The position numbers were made by a program, and so were the translations under genes. DNA of 64,000 nt, from NCBI GenBank assembly GCA_029866025.1, contig JARXAD010000006.1:18907-82906 (forward strand), read 5' to 3'. Shown here piece after piece: positions 1 to 11,400 of this stretch. Within the stretch, counting starts at the first letter, position 1, and the number at the start of each line of letters is the position of its first letter. The stretch comes from Vampirovibrionales bacterium. Its GTDB lineage: Bacteria; Cyanobacteriota; Vampirovibrionia; Vampirovibrionales; Vampirovibrionaceae. The notes under the pieces were generated by a model that was given only the letters and a program-made list of their open reading frames with translations, was not told the DNA's origin and ran no database searches.

Positions 1-289
1 CAGCCTACACATTACCTCCTTCCCCCAAGTGGAAGAAGCCGTCCGTTTTTACTGGGGCAATCGCACCATGGAGCCCTCGCTGGACCGCTTATCGTGGGTC
101 ATTGAACCCCTTGGCTGGCAACCTGGCAGTAACAACACGATAGAACTAGAAGCTTGGGGTTATGCACCCCAAGCGCGCTACTACCTAGGGCATTGGCAGC
201 TCAATGTGGCCACCCAAGCCGTAACCCTTATCAATACCATTAAGGTAACTATTCCAGTGGCCCAAAATGGTGCCTTAGTCTTGCCTTAG
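1..289 (+). CDS. 3' end of an ORF entering from the left edge (partial, product unknown)
   Basis: Reading frame open from nt 2 with no upstream stop, ends TAG 287-289; GTG at 29 is only an internal candidate start; no recognisable motif. Confidence 0.3.
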   Translation, partial: SLHITSFPQVEEAVRFYWGNRTMEPSLDRLSWVIEPLGWQPGSNNTIELEAWGYAPQARYYLGHWQLNVATQAVTLINTIKVTIPVAQNGALVLP

Positions 290-528
290 GCATTGCCCTA
301 AAACCCTTGTTTACTAAAAGTAACCAGCTTACCCACAGCATGAGCGATGGTGGCGCCAACCATATGTTTCTGGGAGAGTAAATCCGAATCCCTGTTTGGG
401 TTTTGTTCTACCATCACAACGATTCAATCCTGATTTTAATTCTGATTGAGTCGCCATGCATCTTCCCCACGACCCTTGAAATCTTTATTTTTACCCTCTT
501 TTACTTTTTATGAAACGAGTTTTTCATC

Positions 529-2112
529 ATGACCCCTCCACCTCGCAAGCCTTCCTCTGCACGCCCTTCAACACCACGCGCGTCGGCAGGTCGTCCCGCA
601 ACCGGTCGCCCCTCTGCTGCCGGTGGCTATGTGAAGAAAGCAGGGCCCAACACAGGCGGTAAATCGTCGGGCGGTGGCGCCCCTTCCAGTGCTCGTGCAA
701 AAGCGGCCCTCAAAGGCAGCTTTGACCGTGCCCCCAAGCGCGGCCCAAAAAGAGATATGAGCCCTAAAAGTACCTACGAAACTCGCGCCCCGCGTGAAGG
801 CGGTGGAGAGTCTACTTCCACTGCTGCTGGCGTGGGTGAGAAAAAAATTGCCCCCCGAAAGCCTGCCTTTGAAGGCCGTTCCGCTCGTGGTGCTGCTCCT
901 TCCCGCTCACCTCGCGAAGGCTACGGTGATTCGACGGGCGACAAAAAACCCTACGCCCGCAAAGCGGCTCCTGCAGCTGGCGGCCCACGTAGCTTTGAAC
1001 GCAGCGACCGACCTGCCTTTGGCGCTAAAAAAACCTACGGAGCCCCTACCGGTCGTCCTCCCATGGGACGCCCGACTGGAAGACCCGCAGGTCGCCCAAC
1101 TACCCCTCGCACCGATGGCCCCGACGCCACGCCGCGGCGTAGTTATCAAGCCTTTGAAAGCAAACTGGAAAAACCAACGCCCCGCCGCGATTCGCGTGAA
1201 AACCGCGACTCTCGCGACAGCCGCCCTTCGGTGGCCCCTCGCACCGGTGCGCGTCCTTTAAGCAATGCCGCCCGCAGCAAAGACGACGCCCTGTGGCTAG
1301 AACCCGGCGATAAAGGCGCCAACTACCCCGTGGGTATTCCGTGGGTGGTAGGCCGTAATGCCGTCTTGGCCATTCTTAAGCAATCGCCCAAACGTATTAT
1401 CAAGCTGTTTATGGCGGAAGGCATGGGCACCGAACGCCGCCTGAAAGCCATTCAGGAAACCGCCCATGAGCATGGCCTCACCATCCAATACGTGGAGCGC
1501 CCTGAGCTAGACAAACGCTGTGAGCAACTGGACGATCCTGATGTGGCCCACCAAGGGGTGTTGGCAGAAGTATTGCCCAAAGACGCTCTCACTCTCTATG
1601 AGTTGATGGACAAGCTAAAAGCCGCCAAAGGCGTGGAAGGCTTAACCCCTGCCACCCAACCCCTCATTATTGCGCTGGATAAAATTACCGACCCACGCAA
1701 CGTGGGGGCTATTTTGCGTGTGGCCGATGGCGTGGGTGCCATGGCCGTGGTGATGCCCAAGCGCCACCAAGCCGGATGGGGCCCCGCCCTAAGCAAAAGC
1801 GCCAGTGGTGCCGATGCCACCGTGGACATTGTGATGGTGCCCAACTTGGTGATGGCTTTAAAAGAGCTAAAAGACGCCGGTGGCTGGGTTGTGGGTGCCG
1901 CCGGTGAAGACGATACCGAGCTGTACACGGATTATAAGTTCGATCGCCCCACGGTGCTGGTGATGGGCAGCGAGGGCGATGGCCTAAGCCGCCTAACCCG
2001 TGCCACCTGCGATTATCTGGTGCGTATCCCTATGATGGGTGCTATGACGTCCCTTAACGTCTCCACGGCTACGGCGGTGTTGGCCTACGGCTGGCGGTCA
2101 TCCAAGGTCTAA
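529..2112 (+). CDS. rlmB: RlmB-family SpoU/TrmH 23S rRNA 2'-O-ribose methyltransferase with ~270-aa N-terminal Arg/Pro/Gly/Lys-rich low-complexity extension
   Basis: C-terminal ~250 aa show SpoU substrate-binding-like segment (HQGVLAEVLP) followed by SpoU methylase core (LIIALDKITDPRNVGAILR...VMGSEGDGLS...); N-terminal half is compositionally biased and generates many shadow ORFs. Confidence 0.7.
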   Translation: MTPPPRKPSSARPSTPRASAGRPATGRPSAAGGYVKKAGPNTGGKSSGGGAPSSARAKAALKGSFDRAPKRGPKRDMSPKSTYETRAPREGGGESTSTAAGVGEKKIAPRKPAFEGRSARGAAPSRSPREGYGDSTGDKKPYARKAAPAAGGPRSFERSDRPAFGAKKTYGAPTGRPPMGRPTGRPAGRPTTPRTDGPDATPRRSYQAFESKLEKPTPRRDSRENRDSRDSRPSVAPRTGARPLSNAARSKDDALWLEPGDKGANYPVGIPWVVGRNAVLAILKQSPKRIIKLFMAEGMGTERRLKAIQETAHEHGLTIQYVERPELDKRCEQLDDPDVAHQGVLAEVLPKDALTLYELMDKLKAAKGVEGLTPATQPLIIALDKITDPRNVGAILRVADGVGAMAVVMPKRHQAGWGPALSKSASGADATVDIVMVPNLVMALKELKDAGGWVVGAAGEDDTELYTDYKFDRPTVLVMGSEGDGLSRLTRATCDYLVRIPMMGAMTSLNVSTATAVLAYGWRSSKV

Positions 2113-2134
2113 TTTTTTCACACCTTATAAAAAG

Positions 2135-2172
2135 CCCTCGCTTCTGTTTAACAACAGTTGCGGGGGTTTTTT
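2135..2172 (+). terminator. Candidate rho-independent terminator after rlmB (7-bp stem incl. G.U, large loop, T6)
   Basis: ccctcgc...gcggggg followed by tttttt at 2167-2172. Confidence 0.4.
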
Positions 2173-2533
2173 GTATGGGTAGCATCTTTTTTATTACACT
2201 GGGTTTTATGCCTGTGTTCATTCACTAACAGGGTAAAACGATGGTGCCAAAAATCTTATACTCTCCACTGCCCAGAATTCATTTCGGCATTGACGAATTT
2301 GATGGCGATGATCCGTATCGAAGAGAGGCAGACAGGATGAATCCCGATACTTCCCGATTTAGAGACAAAGGCTACCGAACCACCGGCGCAGGCCGCGATC
2401 GACAACTTTCTGGACGAGGTTCAGCGAATGGACAATTTGAGGACTTTACTGAAGAAGAACTGAAGTTACTTGGAATACAACCAAAAAATTTGGATGATCA
2501 CGGTCCTCAGTTTTCTGGGTTGAACAGGCTAGC

Positions 2534-5500
2534 TTAAGCGCTTTGCAGCGATCGGGCTTGCAAGCCATGGCCACTTTCTTGCGTCGATTGCAACGACGCA
2601 ATGGCTTCCACCAAGGCCTTGGCCCCTTGCAAGGTGGTCATCATGGGCACATGGCGCAACACCGCCGCCTTGCGGATGTAGCTGTCATCCACGTGGGCCG
2701 CTTCGCCCATGGGGGTGTTAATCACAAGTTGAATGGTGCCCGCCAGAATTTCTTCTTCAATGGTGTGGCCGCCTTCGTGCTTTTTCTGGGTTAGGGTAAC
2801 GCTTAAGCCATGCTGCTGCAAATACGCTGCCGTACCGGCGGTGGCTACCAATTCAAAACCAAGACTGGTTAAGGCTTGGGCCAGCGGCAAGGTGTCCGCT
2901 TTATCGGTGTCGTTTACGCTTACAAACACCCTGCCTTGGGTTGGAATGGTCATTCCAGCGCCCATCATGGCTTTGGCATAGGCCAGCGGGAAAGTGGTGT
3001 CCAGCCCCATCACCTCACCCGTACTCCGCATTTCTGGCCCCAATACCGGGTCCACGCCTCTAAATTTAATAAAGGGAAACACCGGTGCCTTTACCGCCAC
3101 CCACTGGGGCGGCGTGTTGGTGGGCAAAATAGTAGCCAACGGCGTGCCCAGCATCACCTGCACCGCCATATGAATGAGCGGGTAACCCGTGGCTTTGCAC
3201 ACAAAAGGAACCGTTCGGCTGGCGCGTGGATTCACTTCCAGAACGTACAAGGTGCCTTGGTGAATGGCAAACTGGATGTTAATAAAACCTTTCACCTGCA
3301 AGGCCTTGGCCAGCTCATGGGTGGCGGCTTCAATTTGTTGAACCATAGCGGCATCAATGGTTTGGGCGGGGTACACACACACGCTATCGCCACTGTGAAT
3401 GCCGGCGTGCTCCACGTGCTCTAAAATCGCGCCCACAAAGGTGGTGGTGCCATCACTGACGGCATCCACGTCCAGCTCCAAGGCGCCTTCCAAAAATCGG
3501 TCAATCAGCACGGGCTTATCGGGCTCTACTTCTGCAGCGGTGGCTAAGTACTGGCTCAGGCTGGCATCACTGTACACCACACGCATGCCACGCCCACCCA
3601 ACACATAACTGGGGCGCACCATCAACGGATACCCAATACGAGCGGCAATCTCCAGGGCTTCGGCTTCGCTGATGGCTATGCCACTTTCGGGGCAACGTAG
3701 ACCAAGGGCAGCCAGCTCGGGTCGGGCCATAATATCGGCAAACTGCTCACGATCTTCTGCCCAATCCATGCTTTCCGGCGAGGTGCCAATAAAGGGAACG
3801 TCGTCATAGCGAAGGGCTTGAGCCAGCTTGAGAGGCGTTTGGCCGCCCAGTTGAGCAATGACACCCAAGGGTTGCTCTTGGGCCACCAAATTGGCGGTGT
3901 CTTCGGGGGTCATGGGGTCAAAATACAGACGATGACTTATATCGTAGTCCGTAGAGACTGTCTCGGGATTGGAGTTCATCATAATAGGCTCGTAGCCTAA
4001 TTTTTCCAGCGAAAGCGCCGCGTGGACGCAGCAGTAGTCAAATTCAATGCCCTGACCAATGCGGTTGGGTCCACCCCCCAAAATAATCACCCGCTTGTTG
4101 GGTTGAGACACATCCGCTGTGGGAGCTTCGTTTTCAGTGCCGTCATACGAGCTATAAAAGTACGGGGTGTGGGCTTCAAATTCGGCAGCACAGGTATCCA
4201 CCGCTTTGTAAACGGGGTTAATGCCTCGTTTTAAGCGTTCACCACGAACGGTCGATTCATTAATTCCAACAATAGCAGCCATCTGAGCGTCGCCAAAGCC
4301 TTGGGTTTTGGCGGTTTTAAAGAGTTCGTTAGAAATATCAGCAAGGGTTTTACAGGTAGCAAGCTGTTTTTCCGTGGCGATAATACCGGCGTACTGGTGT
4401 AAAAACCATGGATCCAACCCAGAAATGGTGGAAATTTCCGTTAAATCAAAGCCTTGATGGAGGGCTTGATACACCCAGTGCAGACGGTTTTCTGTGGGAG
4501 AAACAAGGTAATCTCGCAGTTCGGTATCACTAACCGATTGCTTTTTAAAATAGAAGCCGCTAAGGCCAACTTCCAAGCCCCGCAAGGCTTTTTGAAAGGA
4601 TTCTTGAAAGCTCAGGCCAATGGCCATCACTTCCCCCACGCTTTTCATTTGAGGCGACAAGGTGGCATCCGCACCGGGAAATTTTTCAAAAGCAAAACGC
4701 GGAATTTTGGTCACCACGTAATCCAGCGCCGGTTCAAAACAGGCGGGGGTGGTGCGGGTAATGTCGTTGGTTAACTCATCCAGCGTGTAGCCCACCGCCA
4801 GTTTAGCGGCTATTTTGGCAATGGGCACCCCCGTGGCCTTGCTTACCAACGCACTGCTGCGCGACACGCGCGGGTTCATCTCAATAACAATTACCCTGCC
4901 CGTTTGGGGATGAATGGCAAATTGAATGTTGCAGCCACCCGCTTCTACGCCTACGGCGCGAATAACAGCAATGCTGGCGTCGCGCAAATGGTGGTATTCT
5001 CGGTCGCTTAGGGTCATGGCGGGGGCCACCGTCATGCTATCGCCCGTGTGAATGCCCATGGGGTCTATATTTTCCACGCTGCTCACAATCACCACATTAT
5101 CCGCAGCGTCGCGCATCACTTCGTATTCGTATTCTTTCCAGCCCAGCGCGCTTTCTTCCAATAGCACCTGATTAATGGGCGATTGCTCGAGCCCGTGTTT
5201 CAGGCTGTCTTCAAAGTCGCTTTGATTGTAGACAATACCGCCGCCACTGCCGCCCATGGTAAAGGCAGGCCGTAAAATAATGGGAAACCCCAACCGCCCA
5301 GCAATGGCCCAACCTTCTTCCACAGTGGTAGCGGTTTCGGAATGCAAGGATTCGAGGCCGCATTGTTCCACCACCACCTTAAAGGCGTCGCGGTCTTCGG
5401 CGGTGTGGATGGCGTTAAAGTTGGCGCCAATGAGTTGCACGTTAAATTCGGCCAGCACACCGTTTTGGTGCAAGGTGTGGGCGATGTTGAGGGCGGTTTG

Positions 5501-5776
5501 GCCGCCCATGGTGGGCAATAAGGCATCAGGTCGGTCTTGGGCGATGATGCGGGTCACCATCTCTGGCGTGATGGGCTCGATGTAGGTTTTGGTAGCGAGG
5601 TTGGGATCCGTCATGATGGTGGCAGGGTTGGAATTGATGAGGATGACCTCATACCCTTCCGCCAACAAGGCTCGGCACGCCTGAGAGCCACTGTAGTCAA
5701 ACTCGCACGCTTGGCCAATGACAATGGGCCCAGCACCAATGACGAGAATACGGCGAATATCGGTGCGTTTGGGCAT
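2534..5776 (-). CDS. carB: Carbamoyl-phosphate synthase large subunit
   Basis: 1080 aa; N-terminus [30 protein letters not shown] and duplicated ATP-grasp halves plus MGS-like C-terminal domain are textbook CarB. Confidence 0.97.
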   Translation of the reverse strand: MPKRTDIRRILVIGAGPIVIGQACEFDYSGSQACRALLAEGYEVILINSNPATIMTDPNLATKTYIEPITPEMVTRIIAQDRPDALLPTMGGQTALNIAHTLHQNGVLAEFNVQLIGANFNAIHTAEDRDAFKVVVEQCGLESLHSETATTVEEGWAIAGRLGFPIILRPAFTMGGSGGGIVYNQSDFEDSLKHGLEQSPINQVLLEESALGWKEYEYEVMRDAADNVVIVSSVENIDPMGIHTGDSMTVAPAMTLSDREYHHLRDASIAVIRAVGVEAGGCNIQFAIHPQTGRVIVIEMNPRVSRSSALVSKATGVPIAKIAAKLAVGYTLDELTNDITRTTPACFEPALDYVVTKIPRFAFEKFPGADATLSPQMKSVGEVMAIGLSFQESFQKALRGLEVGLSGFYFKKQSVSDTELRDYLVSPTENRLHWVYQALHQGFDLTEISTISGLDPWFLHQYAGIIATEKQLATCKTLADISNELFKTAKTQGFGDAQMAAIVGINESTVRGERLKRGINPVYKAVDTCAAEFEAHTPYFYSSYDGTENEAPTADVSQPNKRVIILGGGPNRIGQGIEFDYCCVHAALSLEKLGYEPIMMNSNPETVSTDYDISHRLYFDPMTPEDTANLVAQEQPLGVIAQLGGQTPLKLAQALRYDDVPFIGTSPESMDWAEDREQFADIMARPELAALGLRCPESGIAISEAEALEIAARIGYPLMVRPSYVLGGRGMRVVYSDASLSQYLATAAEVEPDKPVLIDRFLEGALELDVDAVSDGTTTFVGAILEHVEHAGIHSGDSVCVYPAQTIDAAMVQQIEAATHELAKALQVKGFINIQFAIHQGTLYVLEVNPRASRTVPFVCKATGYPLIHMAVQVMLGTPLATILPTNTPPQWVAVKAPVFPFIKFRGVDPVLGPEMRSTGEVMGLDTTFPLAYAKAMMGAGMTIPTQGRVFVSVNDTDKADTLPLAQALTSLGFELVATAGTAAYLQQHGLSVTLTQKKHEGGHTIEEEILAGTIQLVINTPMGEAAHVDDSYIRKAAVLRHVPMMTTLQGAKALVEAIASLQSTQESGHGLQARSLQSA

Positions 5777-6063
5777 GGCAAGGCTTCCTAGCAGCAGTTA
5801 AACAGCTTTAGTCTGCGGTAAACAAAGCGTTTCGTCTATCTGTTTACGGTGTTAAATTACAGTACGGAAAAACGACAGCACCAAACCGTTAAGCCTACCT
5901 TTGTGGGTGTGGCTAAAGCAACAGGAACCGAGCCGGCGACCAAGGTGTTCACTTGAAAATGAAAGGGCGTGGTTGCTTTTGTGTAGGCAATTACCTCACC
6001 TGTTTGGATTTAAATAAGTAAGACACCTCTTTAAGCTGTGGAGATTGGCATGAACATAACAAC

Positions 6064-6123
6064 TACCTACCTACCTACCTACCTACCTACCTACCTACCT
6101 ACCTACCTACCTACCTACCTACC
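6064..6123 (+). repeat. Perfect tetranucleotide simple-sequence repeat (TACC)x15
   Basis: Directly visible: 15 uninterrupted TACC units; lies between GGAG-N6-ATG (6040-6052) and the methyltransferase ORF. Confidence 0.97.
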
Positions 6124-6162
6124 ACAGAGCCTAAGCCTTTAACACGCTTTGGGGCGGGTCAT

Positions 6163-7029
6163 TTGAACAAAAAGTTTCCAAGCTTTTCTCTAGCAGAGCT
6201 AAAAGCAGGGGTGGCTAAGGGAACGTTTACAACCACGACCCTAAAAAACACCCCAAGCCAAACCATCGACATTTACGCTCCCACGCCTGCTTATTTTAAT
6301 CAATCCCACGTGGCAGATAAACCCCTCAACCAATTTGACGTGTGGTACGTGGAAAGCCACAACAGCGGCACGCCTGTTACCAAAGAAGCCCATAACTACG
6401 ACGAGTTATACCGCTACGATGGCCAAATTTACGAATTTTTGGTGCACAACGTTTTAAACTATAACGGCCACAAGGTGCTGGCCCAAACAGCCATGGATTT
6501 AGCTGAGAAACAGGGTTTAAACAAAGCCGATACCGTGATTGTGGACATGGGCGCCGGCCATGGTCCGATGCTGCAAGTGTTGAGAGAAAAAGGTTTTAAA
6601 GGTAACTTGATTGGTTTAGAAATTAGCGAGGCTGCAAAAAAAGCCCACGACACGTCTCATTCTTACCCCTATTTAAAATACCGTTATGATGACTACTGGC
6701 TAGGCCGGCTATCCAGCCAACCCCATTTGCTTCAACAATTAAAACAAAAATCCCCCGCTATTTTTGTGGCTGCCAGTATCTCTCCCCTTAACGAAGCCAT
6801 GGACGATATTCATGAAGCCTTAAAAATAATGAAACCAAAGTGCTACTTCATTATAAATATGGCATTCAACGAAAGCTCCGACAAAATGTACGCCTATATT
6901 AGCAATCTCGAACAGCAAGGGTATTTATCGATAGAGAAAAAACAGAATTACCAGCATCGCAGCCACCTGAATGGTGCCCCCTTATTTTTTGATTGTTTTA
7001 CCTACAAAATTCTCAAACCCATTACATAA
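6163..7029 (+). CDS. Class I SAM-dependent methyltransferase (substrate unknown); candidate phase-variable gene, alternative start ATG 6050 depending on repeat number
   Basis: Motif I VIVDMGAGHGPML followed by acidic residue in LIGLEIS; frame 1 is open from TAA 6019-6021 through the whole repeat but has only TTG 6163 as start; AT-richer than neighbours. Confidence 0.7.
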   Translation: MNKKFPSFSLAELKAGVAKGTFTTTTLKNTPSQTIDIYAPTPAYFNQSHVADKPLNQFDVWYVESHNSGTPVTKEAHNYDELYRYDGQIYEFLVHNVLNYNGHKVLAQTAMDLAEKQGLNKADTVIVDMGAGHGPMLQVLREKGFKGNLIGLEISEAAKKAHDTSHSYPYLKYRYDDYWLGRLSSQPHLLQQLKQKSPAIFVAASISPLNEAMDDIHEALKIMKPKCYFIINMAFNESSDKMYAYISNLEQQGYLSIEKKQNYQHRSHLNGAPLFFDCFTYKILKPIT

Positions 7030-7269
7030 AACCTTTAGGGGGTTAAGCCCCAGCGGTAGCGAGCCCCCTGAGTTCCATAAGTCCAAGGGATCGTCCCTAG
7101 CGCAAATACTTGCCCCCGTACCGGTTTGGAAAACGAGACCAGACCAAGTATGAGTAATAGTTTTAGTACCGTTACAAAACGCATCAACGTAGCCCCCTTT
7201 TTTCTAAAGCTATTTTTTACTTTAAATAATAAACAGGTGCCATCCTATCCAAAAAACAACCCAAGCTTC

Positions 7270-8196
7270 TTATTTTACCCACGCTTGCGCAGCAGGAAGA
7301 GCAGGCGGCTTAATAACCACCTGAGTGGCGACCTTCAACCAGCGCAAGCAGCAAATAATGGCGTACGTTACGTCCAGCTCAAACCACTGCAGCCCCATGC
7401 GCGCCAACCGCGGGTAGGCATGATGGTTGTTGTGCCAGCCTTCGCCCCAGGTGAGCAGCGCCACAAACCAATTGTTCCGGCTTGAATCCGGCGTGTTGTA
7501 CGAACGATACCCCCACAGATGCGCGGCAGAATTAACCAACCACGTGGCGTTAAGGCCATAGATAATGCGCAATAGCCCACCCCACACCAGAATAGACAGA
7601 CCCATTTTAAGACCGCCAAACCCGCAGCCCACCCCAAACAGCAGCGCTAAAAATAAGACGTTAATGGCGGTGTAATGAGTCTCTAAAAACTGAAGCGCCG
7701 GATCGTCATAGAGATCGGGAGCCAGGCGGCGAACTTGCTCGGGGGATTCATCCAATTGGGGGTGGGTAAAAAACGCCCACAAAAAATGAGACCACAACAC
7801 ACTGTAGCGCGGTGAGTGGGGGTCTCCGTCCTTATCCACGTGGCTGTGATGGAGACGATGGCAAGCAGACCACCAGATGGGACCGCGTTGAAAGGCTAAA
7901 CACCCCAATAAGGCTAAAAACAGCTTAAGAGGCCGCGCCAACACATAGCTTCGATGGGCTAAGAGTCGGTGGTAGCAGAGGGTTATACCCAAACAAATGG
8001 TGGCAAAAGAAAGCACTCCAAAGGTGATAAGCCCCGCTAAGCTATACGTAAAAGGCGCGGCCACAATGGCCATGTACAAGGCTATGTATACCGAGATGAG
8101 AGGGACATTTAAGCGTTCTGCAGTGGCATAGCTGGGGATGTGGTGGTTGGCCGCCAATGCCAGCAGTGGTGTATTCACCCAGTGGGGAGCGCTCAT
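7270..8196 (-). CDS. Membrane fatty-acid (acyl-lipid/acyl-CoA) desaturase
   Basis: Histidine boxes HRLLAHRS, HRLHHSHVD and HNNHHAYP plus hydrophobic membrane segments. Confidence 0.85.
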   Translation of the reverse strand: MSAPHWVNTPLLALAANHHIPSYATAERLNVPLISVYIALYMAIVAAPFTYSLAGLITFGVLSFATICLGITLCYHRLLAHRSYVLARPLKLFLALLGCLAFQRGPIWWSACHRLHHSHVDKDGDPHSPRYSVLWSHFLWAFFTHPQLDESPEQVRRLAPDLYDDPALQFLETHYTAINVLFLALLFGVGCGFGGLKMGLSILVWGGLLRIIYGLNATWLVNSAAHLWGYRSYNTPDSSRNNWFVALLTWGEGWHNNHHAYPRLARMGLQWFELDVTYAIICCLRWLKVATQVVIKPPALPAAQAWVK

Positions 8197-8481
8197 GGGG
8201 TCTCGTTACAGCAAAACGGTGGGCAGAAAATGGTACTATTTAAAAATAGTGTCTATTTCACAATAACAGAAACGGTCTAACTTATGCGTATTGATGGCTT
8301 CTTACTGAAAGCAAATCTGCTCTTCTTCTAACACCAATGAAATTCGTTCCTGAATACTCGTTTTGTGAAACTCTACTTCAGATTTTTTGATTTTCCAGAA
8401 CGTCACTGGGTTGCCCCTCACAGTAAAAAATGTTTTCCCACGCAAATACGATTACCAAAGTATCGTGACGCAATTTTAAAG

Positions 8482-11400
8482 CTAAAGAGTCACAACCAAC
8501 TGGTGCGATTGCCCATCGTTTTGCAAGGTAATTTGGGCGCCGCATTCGTTTACCAAAGCATCGATGCCATTGAAAGTAGCCGACGATACACCACCACACA
8601 CCCCCAACGGGTTGAGAACCGTGATGTTGTAGCAGGTCTCACCACGCGTAAACACCATAGAATACTCGGGCCAATGAGAAGGAATACAGGGATTAATAAA
8701 TAGTTGATCACCTACCACACGCAAGCCTAAAATGGATTCGGTGCCGGCTCTGTACAGCCACCCCGCAGCGCCTGTGTACCACGTCCAACCGCCACGCCCC
8801 ACATGAGGCGCTACCGAATACACATCCGCCGCCATGACATAGGGCTCTACTTTATACCGGTGCACTTGAGACCGCGTACTACTGTGACTGATAGGGTTGA
8901 GCAATGAAAATAATGCCATGGCTTTTTCACCCTGGCCCAGCTTGGCAAAGGCCATCACACTCCAGGTAGCCGCATGGCTGTATTGGCCACCGTTCTCACG
9001 AATACCGGGTGGGTATCCCTTAATGTAACCAGGTTCTTTGTGAGTTGTATCAAAGGCGGGTGTAAACAGTAATGCCAGTTGGTCTTTGCTATTAATCAGC
9101 TGCTTGTCCACTTGCGCCATCGCCCGCTGGCTGCGCTCGCTATCCCCGGCACCAGACAGTACACTCCACGATTGTGCAATGGAATCGATTCGACACTCAT
9201 CACTACTGTGACTGCCCAAGGGGGTGCCGTCATCGTAATAACCACGCCGGTACCACTCGCCATCCCAGGCATTCGCTTCCAACGAGGCCGCTAACTGAAG
9301 GCCATGGGCTTTCCAAATAGCAGCACGCTTTTTCTCCTGACGCTCCAAGGCAATGGGAATAAACGCTTTGAGTGTTGCAACTAAAAACCAACCCAACCAA
9401 ACGCTCTCGCCTTCGCCACCTTCGCCCACGCGATTCATGCCATCGTTCCAATCGCCTGTGCCCATCAAGGGCAATCCATGGCACCCCACGCGCAAACTCA
9501 GGTCTAACCCACGCGCGCAGTGCTCAAACAGGGTAGCCGATTGCTCTGATTGAGTGGGATGATAAAAAGCATCATGCTCGCCTGGCTCTAAGCCACGCCC
9601 CTCTAAAAAAGAAATGGGTTCATCCAAAATAGCGGCATCGCCCGTAGCGGCAACATAATGAGCAGCGGCATACGCCAGCCAAATGCGATCATCGGAAATG
9701 TGGGTACGAACCCCCTGACCCTGGTTGGGCAACCACCAATGTTGCACATCGCCTTCCACAAACTGACGACCGGCGGCACGAAGCAAATGTTCTCGAGTCA
9801 GTTCGGGGCGAGACAAGGTAAGGGCCATACCATCTTGAAGTTGATCACGAAAGCCATAAGCCCCACTGGCCTGATAAAATGCCGAACGCGCCCACACACG
9901 GCACGCCAAACTTTGGTACAACAACCAGCCATTCAGCATGATGTTCATGGCCGCATCCGGTGTGGTTACTTGCACAGCCCCCAAGGTGGAGCGCCAATGG
10001 ACTTTTACGTCGTCCAAAAGGGTCGCTGTATTTTCCTTACGATACCGTTGAATAAGGGCTTGAGCCTCGGAAACCGAAGGAGTTTGTCCCAAGGTCATCA
10101 CAATCTCAATGCTTTCGTTGGGTTGCAACTCCATAAAGGTTTGCAACACACCACAGGGATCCAAGCCCGCCCCTACGCGTTTGGAAAGAATGACTTTGTC
10201 ACCCAAGCCCGCAGGTATTGTGACGCTGCCATTACGGCCAATAAATTCACGACGATCGCCCGTCCACGCATGCTGTTTTCCACCCAAGTCCATAAAGGTA
10301 CAGCGGTTGCCAAACTCTCTGCTCCAAGGGTTGTGTGCCAACAGCGCACCCGTTTCATTATCTAAAGTAGTTACGATATACGGTGCTGATTGGCTGCGCG
10401 ACTGCCCCAACACCCACTCGGCGTAAGCCGTTACGGATAAACGTCGTGTACGCCCCGACGTGTTTTTTAAGGTTAACCGAGAAATTTTAATAGGGTCATG
10501 AAGAGAAACCGTTTGCAGAAGCTGAGAATCAATGCCGTGGGCCGCCGTCTCAAACTGGCTGTAACCAAACCCATGACGAGCAACATACTGCCCTGTGGCG
10601 ATTCGAATGGGAGAAGCCGTAGGGCTCCAAATTTTACCGGAGTCTTCATCTTTAATGTAAAAGGCTTCACCAGTGCGGTCACTAACGGGATCATTGGACC
10701 ATGGTGTCAGCTGATTTTCTCGGCTATTACAAGCCCAAGTGTACCCACTGCCTTCCACAGCCACCTGAAAACCAAAGTTCGGGTTGGCGATGACATTAAT
10801 CCATGGCGCCGGCGTTTGCTGCCCTGGCCCTAGCACCGTAATGTACTCTGTGCCGTCGATAGAAAAACCACCCAATCCGTTAAAAAAATGTAAGTTCTTA
10901 ACCCACTCAGGAGGAGGTAAGGGGGCGACAAGGGAATCGTTTAACAAATCACCCAGGGATAAAGAAGCTTTTCGTGGCAAGAATGGCAACACTTCTTGGG
11001 AGCGTTTTAGCTGTTTGGAAAGGCTACCCCGGCGTCCGTTCAATACAATTCGGGCCACAGCGGGGAGCACGGCAGCAACGTCTGGAGCAATTAAATCAGA
11101 GCGCAAAAGAAATACCGCACGAGGAGCACCATCCTCGTTTCGATTCGGGTGGTTATGACAGCTACGCACTAAGGTTTCCAAGGCAATTTGTAAATCTTGC
11201 ACATAGGAGGCCGATCGTTCATTCAGAACCACCACATCAAAAGCCAACTGTTTAATGGCCAAATACTCATGAGCTCGAAGGACCTGCCGGACTAATCCAA
11301 TGTCCTCAATGGAATCAATACGCACCAACACAATGGATGCATCTCCCGAGATACCTTGGCTCCACAACGCCGATTGGTTGGCTTGGCTCCGTTGCAATAC

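Noticed and set aside
794-1928. Overlapping ORFs 794-1261(+), 907-1149(-), 1596-1928(-) within rlmB
   Set aside because: Artefacts of GC-rich low-complexity coding sequence; the rlmB frame carries the recognisable domains.
2241-2537. 98-aa ORF in the rlmB-carB convergent spacer
   Set aside because: No RBS or motif, overlaps another chance ORF (2158-2340); left unannotated, though a small protein cannot be excluded.
6064-6123. CRISPR array
   Set aside because: 4-nt perfect microsatellite, no spacers, no cas genes.
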